Source: an uncultured Leptospira sp.
Lineage (GTDB): Bacteria > Spirochaetota > Leptospiria > Leptospirales > Leptospiraceae
DNA: 64,000 nucleotides
Direction of reading: 5' to 3'
Assembly (NCBI GenBank): GCA_964571605.1
Contig: CAZNCS010000001.1
Span: 4,098 to 68,097, forward strand
The notes under the pieces: model-generated
Databases searched by the model: none
What the model was told of the DNA's origin: nothing
What the model saw: the letters and a program-made list of their open reading frames with translations, nothing else
Program-made: the position numbers and the translations under genes
Shown: positions 42,795 through 51,981 of the stretch, one piece after another
Layout: each line of letters opens with the position of its first letter
Numbering within the stretch: position 1 is the first letter of the stretch

Positions 42795-42893
42795 TCTTGA
42801 TTTCTCCGGTTTTTCCGTGAGGAATATTTTCCATTCTCTTTATTGGAATGTTGGAGAGCAAGAAATCCGACTTAGAATCGTTCGGATTCGACT

Positions 42894-42907
42894 ATGATAT
42901 ATGTCAA
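42894..42907. promoter_or_regulatory. FNR-like box upstream of ccoN
   Basis: Coding strand TTGAC-ATAT-ATCAT versus the FNR consensus TTGAT-N4-ATCAA; 100 bp upstream of ATG. Confidence 0.6.
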
Positions 42908-42986
42908 GATTTGATCTTTAAGGATTCGATCCTTAGGCGCGAATTAAATAAATTAGAAATATATTATGCTTATTCTGATTTGAGAA

Positions 42987-44264
42987 TCAAAATCCGGTAA
43001 ATCTTTCCCGGGCTTCTTTTTCCAAAATCTCCCGATGAGAAGGATGCGCTATTGAGATAAGAGCTTTGGCTCTTTGTTTTAAATTTTTTCCGTAAAGATT
43101 CACCGAGCCAAATTCAGTCACCACATAATGAACGTTGGCACGCGTTGTTGTGACACTCGCACCGGGTTTTAGAATAGAAACAATTCGAGATTCTCCTTTG
43201 GACGTTATAGACGGTAGAGCGATGATTGGTTTTCCTCCTTCTGACAAAGAAGCTCCTCGGATAAAATCCATTTGGCCTCCAACTCCCGAATATTGACGAG
43301 TACCAATGGAATCCGCGCAGATTTGCCCGGTTAAATCCACTTCGATTGCTGAATTGATGGCGGTTACTTTGGGATTACGACGGATATTATCGGTGTCGTT
43401 AATGTATCCTATGTCCAGAAAGATTGTTTCCGGATTATCATCCACGAAATCGTAAAGTTTTCTAGTTCCCATCACAAAACCCGTCACAATTTTTCCGGGG
43501 TGAGTGTGTTTTTGTGATCCGTCGATGATACCTTTTTCGACCAGCGGAATCACACCATCGGAGAACATTTCCGTATGAATTCCTAGGTTTTTATGATTCC
43601 CTAAACAAGAAAGTACTGCGTTCGGGATGGCGCCGATTCCCATTTGTAAAGTTGCTCCGTCTTCGACTAAATCGGAAATATGTATGCCTATTTTTTGGGC
43701 GATCGGATCCTGAGGATAAGCTGCCGTTTCTAAAAGAGGAATATTTCCTTCGACTATATGATGGATTTTGTTTACATGTATGATTCCGTCTCCATGAGTT
43801 CTGGGCATATAACTGTTAACTTGGGCGATGATCAGTTTTGCGGAATCTACGGCGGCCTTACTGATATCCACCGATACACCCAAAGAACAAAATCCGTGTT
43901 TGTCGGGAGGAGAAACGGATATAAGTGCAATATCTAAAGGTAATATTCCTTTTCTGAATAAAGAAGGGCATTCGCTCAAAAAGGCAGGAAGGTAGTCGGC
44001 ACGACCTTCTTGGACCGCTCGGCGCATATTTGCCCCCACAAAAAGGGCATTCGTTCTAAAAGCTGCTTCGGTTCCAGGCATAGCGTAAGGAACCGTGCCC
44101 TCCGTGTGTATATGCACGATTTCAATATCTTTTAAATTGTCGGATCTTCGCGCTAAAGCCTCTATAAGTAGGGAAGGAGCTGCATATACGCTATGGATAA
44201 AAATTCTTTGTCCGCTTTTCACTTCAGAAACTGCTTTGTCTGCCGAGATAAAATTGATTCCCAT
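42987..44264 (-). CDS. Acetyl-CoA hydrolase/4-hydroxybutyrate CoA-transferase family protein
   Basis: LQMGIGAIP, HTEMFSDG, INSAIEVDLTGQ, GVGGQMDF, YVVTEFG. Confidence 0.93.
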   Translation of the reverse strand: MGINFISADKAVSEVKSGQRIFIHSVYAAPSLLIEALARRSDNLKDIEIVHIHTEGTVPYAMPGTEAAFRTNALFVGANMRRAVQEGRADYLPAFLSECPSLFRKGILPLDIALISVSPPDKHGFCSLGVSVDISKAAVDSAKLIIAQVNSYMPRTHGDGIIHVNKIHHIVEGNIPLLETAAYPQDPIAQKIGIHISDLVEDGATLQMGIGAIPNAVLSCLGNHKNLGIHTEMFSDGVIPLVEKGIIDGSQKHTHPGKIVTGFVMGTRKLYDFVDDNPETIFLDIGYINDTDNIRRNPKVTAINSAIEVDLTGQICADSIGTRQYSGVGGQMDFIRGASLSEGGKPIIALPSITSKGESRIVSILKPGASVTTTRANVHYVVTEFGSVNLYGKNLKQRAKALISIAHPSHREILEKEARERFTGF

Positions 44265-44345
44265 TGCTACCTGTTTTTGGCGAATTTATTGATTGAATGT
44301 AGTAAGGAAATCGGCCCGGTCAAGAAACAAAGGGGTCGAAAATCT

Positions 44346-44359
44346 TTGATAAATCTCTG
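44346..44359. promoter_or_regulatory. FNR-like box upstream of the CoA-transferase
   Basis: TTGAT-AAAT-CTCTG, 13/14 identical to the box at 26406. Confidence 0.4.
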
Positions 44360-44553
44360 CGTTTTGATTCATCCAAGTTCTAAGATGGAGAAATCGGCAG
44401 ACTGGGCTCCTATCCAAAATGATCCCTGGATTCCCTATCCCTCAAACGAGTAGTGGTTATTAGTTGAAGTCAATATTAAAGAAAGGAGACTTTATTTTTT
44501 CAACTCGGTAAAAAAGGTTTATCGTTTTAGAATGTAATCTACAAAAGGAATAG

Positions 44554-47500
44554 ATGTTTTTATTCTTCCGGAATTTCAAAAAGAGGCGTTTGTCGGTCTT
44601 TCTATTTTTTTTCCTACTCCTAGATTGCAATCAGTTCTTCTCCCCGGAAAAACCTCCTTTGGTAAGGAATGGAATTCTGGATTTAAAATCGGACTGGGAT
44701 TTCGATAAAAAAGGATCCATTAGTTTGGATGGAAATTGGGAATTCTATTGGCAGCAATTGTATACTGATCCGGTTTTTTCCGAAAAGATTCCAAAAACTT
44801 CCAAATCAGTCTCTTCAATCGTTTTTGAAAATGTTCCGGACGCTTGGAATAATTACTCAACACCAGCTAAAGAATATCCCGGATTTGGTTACGCAACTTA
44901 CAAAATGACCGTCAAGTCGGATAAGTCCGAACCGGAAATGGCCCTAAAAATGTTGGAAGCTTCGACCGCATACAATCTGTATGTGAACGGGACCAAGGTA
45001 ATGTCTAACGGGATCGTAGGCAAAACTTCCGAGAACAGTTTTCCTTCTTATCGCCCCGGCGTAAGTTCTCCTTTTCCATTAGGAAAGAATAATGAAATTG
45101 TGATAGAAGTTTCCAATTTTTCGCATTCTAAGGGAGGTCCTTGGGCCAAAATCATTCTGGGAAAACATAAAGAACTCGTCGAACTTCGCCAGAAAAATAT
45201 TTCTTTGGATCTATTTATGGGCGGAGGTTTATTTATTATGGGCCTCTATCATTTTAGTTTATTTGCTTTTTTGAGAAGAGAACTTGCCAATTTATTTTTC
45301 GGACTATTGACAATTTTTATCACAGTGCGGATTGTAATGACGGGAGAGAGAATTTTCTTCTCCATTTTTCCGAACTACGATTTTGAGTGGAGTTATAAGC
45401 AGGAATTAATCTGCACCTATCTGAGCGCCATGGTGTTTGCACTTTTTTTGAGGGCAATGTATCCGAACGAGTTTCAGAAAAAAGTTTTGTATTTTTTCGT
45501 TATAGGTTTTGGAATTTTCGCCGTACATGCGTTATTTACTCCTTTGGTGCAATTTTCCAAAACTCTTCCTTATTTTAGTCTTCTTGTAGGTGTGGAGGGA
45601 TTCTATTCCATTTTTGTTCTGATTCAAGCCACTCGCAAAGGTAGATTGGGATCCTGGATCGGACTCATTTTGTTTTTGTTCTTATTTGCGATCATTATCA
45701 ACGATTTACTTTACGGTAATATGGTTATCAATTCTGTATATTTCGCTTCTTACGGCATGGCCTTTTTCTTTATAGCCCAAGCGTTTATGGTTTCTCAAAG
45801 ATTTTCGAGTGCATATGATTTGTCCGAAAAATTGACGAAAGAATTACAAGAATCCAACCAAAGATTGATTTCATTGGACAAACTGAAGGATGAATTTTTA
45901 GCCAATACCTCCCATGAATTACGAACTCCTTTGCAAGGAATCATCGGTATTGCGGATTCTTTAAAAAGAGGAGTGGGTGGTCCACTTTCTCAATTTGTGG
46001 ACCGCCAATTGGGGATGATCGTGACTAGCGGCCAAAGACTTTCCAGTTTGGTGAACGATATTATCGATTTTTCAAAATTAAAACATAGGGATTTGAACTT
46101 ACAACTTCGATCCGTAGATTTGTTTCAGGCAGTAAATTTTACTCTGGAGTTGAACGGTAACTCGATCGATCATAACAAAATTAAACTAGTTAACGGAGTG
46201 TTCCCTGGGTTTCCGGAAATTTTAGCGGATGAAAACAGGCTCCAGCAAATTCTGCAGAACCTTGTGGGAAACGCGATCAAGTTTACTGAGATGGGAGAAA
46301 TCTTAGTCACGGCAAAAATAAAATCTCTAGGAGTGGCCGAGGTAAGCGTTATCGATACCGGTATTGGAATCGAAAAAAGCCACCAACAGAAAGTATTCGA
46401 ATTTTTTGAACAAGCAGAACGAGGGGATTCCAAAAACGCGGCGGGTGCGGGTTTAGGTTTGGCGATAAGTAGAGCGCTTGTATCTTTACACGGAGGCGAG
46501 ATCGGAGTACAATCCGAATTCGGAAAGGGATCTCGTTTTTATTTTACAATTCCTCTTGTTCCCGGTAAAGTTTTAAAGGCCGAAAAGCCCACGAAAAATT
46601 CCCTCGATATAAATTTTCCCGGAGAAGAATCGTCTAAATCGATTCATCCTTTATTAAACGAGAAGGTTAGTTTTGTTTCTGAAAAGAACGCCAGACTTCT
46701 AGTTGTGGACGACGAACCGGTCAATTTACAGGTGATTGAAAATTATCTTTCTTTGCAAAATATAACCTGTCTTACGATAAAAAGTGGAATCGAAGCGTTG
46801 GAGATTCTTAAAAACGATTCTTTCTTCGACGCGATCATATTGGACGTAATGATGCCTCGAATGTCGGGTTTGGAGGTCGCCAGGGAAATTCGCAAAACGT
46901 ATTCTACCTTGGAAATGCCCATCCTAATGTTGACAGCTAAAAATCAGGACAAGGATTTGATGGCTGCTTTGAACAACGGGGCTAACGATTATCTGCTCAA
47001 ACCTTTCGATTATGATGAGTTAATGTTAAGGGTGAATAACCTTTTAGATTTGGCGCACGGTCATAAAAGCAAATTGGAACAGGAAAGTGAAAAACGTATC
47101 GCGGTAAATAATGTCCGACAAAGAATCAATATCGATTTGCACGACCATTTGGGCGGGAAATTGACGGATTTGAAATTTTTATCCGAAGATCTGATTCAAT
47201 CGGATAGTTCGGAAAAAAAACTTTTTCAAAAGATAAACGATACCGTGAATCAGTCCATCGAGATCTTACGGGAGCAAATGTTAAAAATCGAGGATCTTGG
47301 ATTATTGTCTGAAAATTTCATCACTGGGATTAATTTAGTACTTCTAAGAAGATACTCGAATGCGGAAAGAGATTTGGAATTCCAATGCCAAGAAGAACTT
47401 ATGCAGTTTTTTGGGACGGGAAAAAATGAAAATAGCGTAGTGGAATTGTACAGCATCGTAAATGAAATCACGAGTAACGATTTGAAATACGGGAAAGGCG

Positions 47501-47715
47501 TATCCAAATGGAATTTTGCCATGGAAAATGATGAAATTATAATGGATATGAGAGTGGAATCGGTATACCATTTAAATAAACATAGAACCGGTAGAGGGAC
47601 TGAAAATCTAATCTATAGAATCTCAGGATTGGGCGGAAAGGTTGAAATGGGTCTCTTAAAAAATGAATATCGAATTAAATTGAGAGTTCCATTGGATAAG
47701 TTTACAACTATCTAA
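44554..47715 (+). CDS. 7TM-DISM hybrid histidine kinase with REC and a second HisKA_3-like module
   Basis: SHELRTPL, NAIKFT, DTGIG, GLGLAI; REC DVMMP; then IDLHDHLGG and EITSNDLKYG. Confidence 0.88.
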   Translation: MFLFFRNFKKRRLSVFLFFFLLLDCNQFFSPEKPPLVRNGILDLKSDWDFDKKGSISLDGNWEFYWQQLYTDPVFSEKIPKTSKSVSSIVFENVPDAWNNYSTPAKEYPGFGYATYKMTVKSDKSEPEMALKMLEASTAYNLYVNGTKVMSNGIVGKTSENSFPSYRPGVSSPFPLGKNNEIVIEVSNFSHSKGGPWAKIILGKHKELVELRQKNISLDLFMGGGLFIMGLYHFSLFAFLRRELANLFFGLLTIFITVRIVMTGERIFFSIFPNYDFEWSYKQELICTYLSAMVFALFLRAMYPNEFQKKVLYFFVIGFGIFAVHALFTPLVQFSKTLPYFSLLVGVEGFYSIFVLIQATRKGRLGSWIGLILFLFLFAIIINDLLYGNMVINSVYFASYGMAFFFIAQAFMVSQRFSSAYDLSEKLTKELQESNQRLISLDKLKDEFLANTSHELRTPLQGIIGIADSLKRGVGGPLSQFVDRQLGMIVTSGQRLSSLVNDIIDFSKLKHRDLNLQLRSVDLFQAVNFTLELNGNSIDHNKIKLVNGVFPGFPEILADENRLQQILQNLVGNAIKFTEMGEILVTAKIKSLGVAEVSVIDTGIGIEKSHQQKVFEFFEQAERGDSKNAAGAGLGLAISRALVSLHGGEIGVQSEFGKGSRFYFTIPLVPGKVLKAEKPTKNSLDINFPGEESSKSIHPLLNEKVSFVSEKNARLLVVDDEPVNLQVIENYLSLQNITCLTIKSGIEALEILKNDSFFDAIILDVMMPRMSGLEVAREIRKTYSTLEMPILMLTAKNQDKDLMAALNNGANDYLLKPFDYDELMLRVNNLLDLAHGHKSKLEQESEKRIAVNNVRQRINIDLHDHLGGKLTDLKFLSEDLIQSDSSEKKLFQKINDTVNQSIEILREQMLKIEDLGLLSENFITGINLVLLRRYSNAERDLEFQCQEELMQFFGTGKNENSVVELYSIVNEITSNDLKYGKGVSKWNFAMENDEIIMDMRVESVYHLNKHRTGRGTENLIYRISGLGGKVEMGLLKNEYRIKLRVPLDKFTTI

Positions 47716-47745
47716 TAAAAATATAAATTTTGGACAGCAAATACA

Positions 47746-48384
47746 ATGAAAACTGAAGATATACAAGTAGGTATTGTCGAAAACGACGAAAACTTCAGAC
47801 AGCAGATTTTAAAAACTTTGGAGTCTATTCCCGAAGTGGGCGGGGTGTTTCATTGGGAATCCGCCGAATCTTTTTGGACCGATGACAAAGGTAGAAACCT
47901 CGACATACTATTTTTAGATATAATGCTTACTGGGATGAACGGAGTGGAACTCGCTGGGAGGATTTCGGAACGGGATCCTGATATAAATAAAATTATGCTC
48001 ACGAATATGAACTCCGACGAGCTTATTTACGAATCATTGCGTAATGGAGCCATCGGTTACATCCTCAAATCGGAATTAAAAGATATCGCAGACATTATAG
48101 ATACAGTTCTTAAAGGGGGAGCGATTATCACACCTACGATCGCTTTTCGGGTTCTGAATACTTTTAAACAAAAGGATAATTCGAGTCTGGGAAAATTAAC
48201 CCCGAAAGAAAGGCAGATTTTGGACGAAATGGTAAAAGGAAAGACCATAGGTCGGGTAGCCGAATTTTTAAGCGTAAGTAAGTATACGGTCCAACATCAT
48301 GTTAAGAATATTTATAAAAAATTAAACGTCCATAACCGGGCGGAATTAGTCCGTAAAGCTAGTGATATTGGATTACTTCCTTAG
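47746..48384 (+). CDS. NarL/LuxR family response regulator
   Basis: FLDIML; LTPKERQIL...TVQHHVKNIYKKLNV. Confidence 0.93.
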   Translation: MKTEDIQVGIVENDENFRQQILKTLESIPEVGGVFHWESAESFWTDDKGRNLDILFLDIMLTGMNGVELAGRISERDPDINKIMLTNMNSDELIYESLRNGAIGYILKSELKDIADIIDTVLKGGAIITPTIAFRVLNTFKQKDNSSLGKLTPKERQILDEMVKGKTIGRVAEFLSVSKYTVQHHVKNIYKKLNVHNRAELVRKASDIGLLP

Positions 48385-48542
48385 CACCTTAGTGCTATAT
48401 ATTTAGTTTTTTTATTACATACGTACTTTAGCTAGTTTGCAAAAAATTTCCAATTTTTAGTGAAAAATTGTTAATTTATCAAAGTTCTTCGTCTTATTTG
48501 CTTAGCACCTTTATTTGTTTTGATAAAAATGGGGAGGAATGA

Positions 48543-48788
48543 ATGAAAGGAACTATCGCTGGTATCAACGAAAAGGATAGCAAAATCATTATACATACCG
48601 AGTTCGGATATACGTTCGGAGTTGGAAACGTGAATTATATGCAAATCAATCATGTAGTGGATGGAGATCTTAGAAGTAACGGGACCGAAATACTCACCAA
48701 TCTTACCTCAGGAGACGATTTTATATTGGATATAGAAGCCTATGATTGTTCGCAAGAAACGGCTCTTTTATTACTCCACGATAAATAA
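48543..48788 (+). CDS. Small hypothetical protein (81 aa)
   Basis: Strong RBS GGGGAGGA, beta-rich protein-like sequence, downstream terminator. Confidence 0.7.
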   Translation: MKGTIAGINEKDSKIIIHTEFGYTFGVGNVNYMQINHVVDGDLRSNGTEILTNLTSGDDFILDIEAYDCSQETALLLLHDK

Positions 48789-48818
48789 GAACTATAATCG
48801 CATTCTTTTTAAATACTC

Positions 48819-48856
48819 AAATCGGGATCGAATCAGAATCGGTCCCGATTTTTTAT
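48819..48856. terminator. Intrinsic terminator
   Basis: AAATCGGGATCGA...TCGGTCCCGATTT followed by a T run. Confidence 0.7.
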
Positions 48857-48938
48857 TTTATAACGTGTCGACCGCTTGAATTAGTTTGGGCAAAAATAGA
48901 TTTCGCGATATTTCCAGTAGGAATTGAGACAGTTATAC

Positions 48939-49730
48939 TCATACGGATAGATTACTCAATTGATCCAAAAATGCCACGGCGAAACTGCCCGTACCTGCGG
49001 ATTGTTCCGCAGCTCGCAGGCCTGCGATCGCAAATACGGCTGAGGCCGAGACCGCAGCTTGCATCGGATCTTTTTGTATTCCTAAAAATGCCGCAATCAA
49101 AGCTCCTAGAGAACATCCCACACCTGTGACCTTTGTCATCAGAATATGACCACCAGGAACTGCGACAGTCTCTTTTCCGTTTGTGATATAATCCACTTCA
49201 CCACTGACAGCTACAATTGCTCCCGTTCTTTGAGAAAGAATTTTTGCGAGTGGAATCGCTTCGCTAGATTGTGCAGTGGAGTCCACACCTTTTCCTCCTC
49301 CGACTGCACCTGCGAGTGCTAGAATTTCGGAAGCATTCCCTCGAATCACTGTTGGTTTATAATTTAATAGTTCTGTTGCGAACTCAGTGCGAAATTGCAA
49401 AAATCCTGCGGCGACCGGATCCAAAACCCAAGGAGTTCCCGCTTTTTGGGCCGCAATTGCGGCGGCTTTCTGGGCCTTTGCATCAAAACTTGTAATGGTT
49501 CCTACATTGATCAAAATACCGGACGCGATCGCGGCGAATTCGGAAACTTCTTCTTCGGCGATCACCATAGCGGGAGAGGCACCCGCGGCCAAAAGAACAT
49601 TGGCAGTCCAATTTGTTACTACAATATTCGTAAGCACATGAGTGAGAGGTGCTTTTTTGCGAACCTCAGCGAGATCCGCGACAACAGAAGTCTCCGGCCA
49701 AACTTTTTCTTCTACGGTTGATGCTGACAT
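48939..49730 (-). CDS. thiM: Hydroxyethylthiazole kinase
   Basis: [43 protein letters not shown]. Confidence 0.93.
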   Translation of the reverse strand: MSASTVEEKVWPETSVVADLAEVRKKAPLTHVLTNIVVTNWTANVLLAAGASPAMVIAEEEVSEFAAIASGILINVGTITSFDAKAQKAAAIAAQKAGTPWVLDPVAAGFLQFRTEFATELLNYKPTVIRGNASEILALAGAVGGGKGVDSTAQSSEAIPLAKILSQRTGAIVAVSGEVDYITNGKETVAVPGGHILMTKVTGVGCSLGALIAAFLGIQKDPMQAAVSASAVFAIAGLRAAEQSAGTGSFAVAFLDQLSNLSV

Positions 49731-49850
49731 AAATGTTCTCCGAAATCAATATACCAGCCACCGGGAGAAAAAACTCTATAAATTTCTATTGTATAACGAA
49801 AATCGTACCGCTCCGAGAGACATTCCTATCCGGTAAAAGCGTTTGAGACG

Positions 49851-49886
49851 GACAAAGAGAAAAAATTTCACATTCTTCTCTTTGTC
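49851..49886. terminator. Hairpin between the ybhB-like gene and thiM
   Basis: GACAAAGAGAA...TTCTCTTTGTC, 11-bp arms. Confidence 0.45.
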
Positions 49887-49902
49887 TTTGATTCAAAAAA
49901 GA

Positions 49903-50457
49903 TTATCTTCCGAATTTCGCAGTCAGTTTTCCTTCCGCAATTTTCAAAGAATTGATATAGAATCCTACTAATGCTCCGGAAGCTTCCGAGTCCAAAGGAA
50001 CCTTATCTTTCAAAGCGAATACTTTGAAAATGTATCGGTGGGGTTTGTCTCCTGCGGGAGGGCAGGGGCCGCCGTATCCAGGTTTTCCAAAATCAGTACG
50101 TCCTTGGATCGCACCGGAAGGAACAGTCCCTTTATCGTTTCCTGCTTTTGCGGCGAGGCTTGTAGTATCTGCTGGAATATTAAAAATAGTCCAATGCCAC
50201 CATCCGCTTCCTGTAGGAGCATCCGGATCATAAACTGTAACCGCAAAAAACTTAGTATCTTTAGGAGCTCCAGCCCATTTCAGATCCGGGGAAACGTTTT
50301 CACCGGAACATCCGAAACCGGAAAATACGTTTGTGTTTGTGATCAGACCGCCTTCTTTGATGGAGTCGCTGGTAATTTTCAAATCAGCGGCAAAGACAGA
50401 GCCCGCTAAGAGTAGGATGGCAAAAGCCAAACCGCCTTTTACAAATTGGAATCGCAT
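49903..50457 (-). CDS. Secreted YbhB/YbcL family (PEBP/RKIP-like) protein
   Basis: Signal peptide; [28 protein letters not shown]. Confidence 0.93.
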   Translation of the reverse strand: MRFQFVKGGLAFAILLLAGSVFAADLKITSDSIKEGGLITNTNVFSGFGCSGENVSPDLKWAGAPKDTKFFAVTVYDPDAPTGSGWWHWTIFNIPADTTSLAAKAGNDKGTVPSGAIQGRTDFGKPGYGGPCPPAGDKPHRYIFKVFALKDKVPLDSEASGALVGFYINSLKIAEGKLTAKFGR

Positions 50458-50540
50458 AAGAAAAACCTCCGAGTTCTTTCAGGCAATAGAATACCGAGTG
50501 ACTGGAAATTTAGCATTTCAATTTTCTAAAAATATAGGGT

Positions 50541-51383
50541 CTATGTCCGAACTCGCGCAAGGATTGTGCCGTTTCGCTCATTTGCTGCAGTTTCTCTGCG
50601 CAAAACAGTGGGGGAATGACCGAATCTGTCCCTAAATCGAACTGCAAACCGAGAAGCGGATTCGTACCCTACTTCTTTTGCGATTTCTCCAATGGATAAA
50701 TCCGTGGCTTGTAACAAGGATAAGGCGAAGGACATTCTTACATCGATCAAAAGTTCCGAGAAAGAAATTTGTTCTCCCGCTAATTTTCTCCGTAAAGTCG
50801 CTTCGCTCATTTCCAAATGGTCTGCGATATGCGCAGCCGACCAATCCTTTGCAGGAGAAGCGGTCAAAAGAGAACGAACTTTTTGTGCGGTTTTATGAGG
50901 GGAGGCGAGTTTGAATTTTTTTCCGAATTCTCCCAGCCAAAGTAGAGTTTCACCTACTCGATGTATGGCGACAGACTCCGGAATACTTTTGCTGGTTGTA
51001 ATCGAATCGATTGCCGTTTGAAAAGTATCCGCAAATCCCGATTTCAATTCGGAAAGATGAAACGCAGTATCGACTGCGGAAAGATGTTCCTGCTGTGATG
51101 CCAAACTTTGGATTACACTCGGATAGAATGCGATCCATACTGCTTCAAAATCTTCTTTATTCGGACGGTTGACAACATCGAAGGATTGGCCCCCCGCAAT
51201 TGCAACAGCTTCGCCTTCATGAATCACAAATTCCAAGTCGCCCCGTTTGAGAGTTTTTGTACCTTTTCTGACAAAGACCAGGGTGGGCAATTCGGAGACT
51301 ACTCTCGCTAAGTAGAATTCTCGTTTCTGGATGACTTTTGCGGTTATGCCGACTCCGTCTTTTGTAACAATGGCTCGTTTCAT
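50541..51383 (-). CDS. AraC family regulator (YbcM-like)
   Basis: MSEATLRRKL and VGYESASRFAVRFRDRFG; ATG 51383 preferred. Confidence 0.9.
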   Translation of the reverse strand: MKRAIVTKDGVGITAKVIQKREFYLARVVSELPTLVFVRKGTKTLKRGDLEFVIHEGEAVAIAGGQSFDVVNRPNKEDFEAVWIAFYPSVIQSLASQQEHLSAVDTAFHLSELKSGFADTFQTAIDSITTSKSIPESVAIHRVGETLLWLGEFGKKFKLASPHKTAQKVRSLLTASPAKDWSAAHIADHLEMSEATLRRKLAGEQISFSELLIDVRMSFALSLLQATDLSIGEIAKEVGYESASRFAVRFRDRFGHSPTVLRRETAANERNGTILARVRT

Positions 51384-51981
51384 AAAACCTTCCGGCAAGT
51401 ATGGGGCTTAGACTCTAGCAGCCGGGGACTTTGGCAAGATTTTTGGTCTTCCTACAAACGGATATAAGGCCGTTTTAGCTCGAGAAGTTCGACCCAAATC
51501 GTAAATATAAACTCAAAAAAAATGACCAATATACTGGATAATTTCCTCGAGGAAAGATTTGGGATGCAAATTGTAAAATAGAAATCGCGGAATGGAATTT
51601 GCCTTCTCACGCATTTTGCGCGGACGATAGACGGTTTACCAAATTCGGAAAATTTTCTAAACGGGAACTACCTTACAGTTTACAAATCGGTCGTTTCATT
51701 TATTGGAGGAATCGATTCACTCGCTTGGAATCGAATCAAAAAAGAATTTCTTTTATATGCTTGGAATCTAATACAATCCTGAATCGAGAGTTCGATTCTT
51801 GTTTCGAATCCGAGTACGTTTTAAACCGGATATTTGAATTGTGTAATATATTGGAAAACATGACAGTATATTGTGCATTCGGAATTCTTGAAGTAATACG
51901 TGTTTCGGTATAAACATTCGTCTTCCGAGGCGTAAAATTCGATACAAGATAGGTCGAACAAAAGTTTAAGGAGACTCGCTC

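Noticed and set aside
42864-42888. AATCCGA...TCGGATT hairpin in the ccoN leader
   Set aside because: A 7-bp stem in sequence rich in such words; not distinguishable from chance
49731-49902. TPP riboswitch upstream of thiM
   Set aside because: Reverse complement read by hand lacks the CTGAGA and TGAT..GG.TAATGCC.GCG.AGG cores
51431-51447. Sigma54-like TTGGCAAG-N4-TTGG
   Set aside because: The -12 element deviates and the site lies about 540 bp from the next + strand gene
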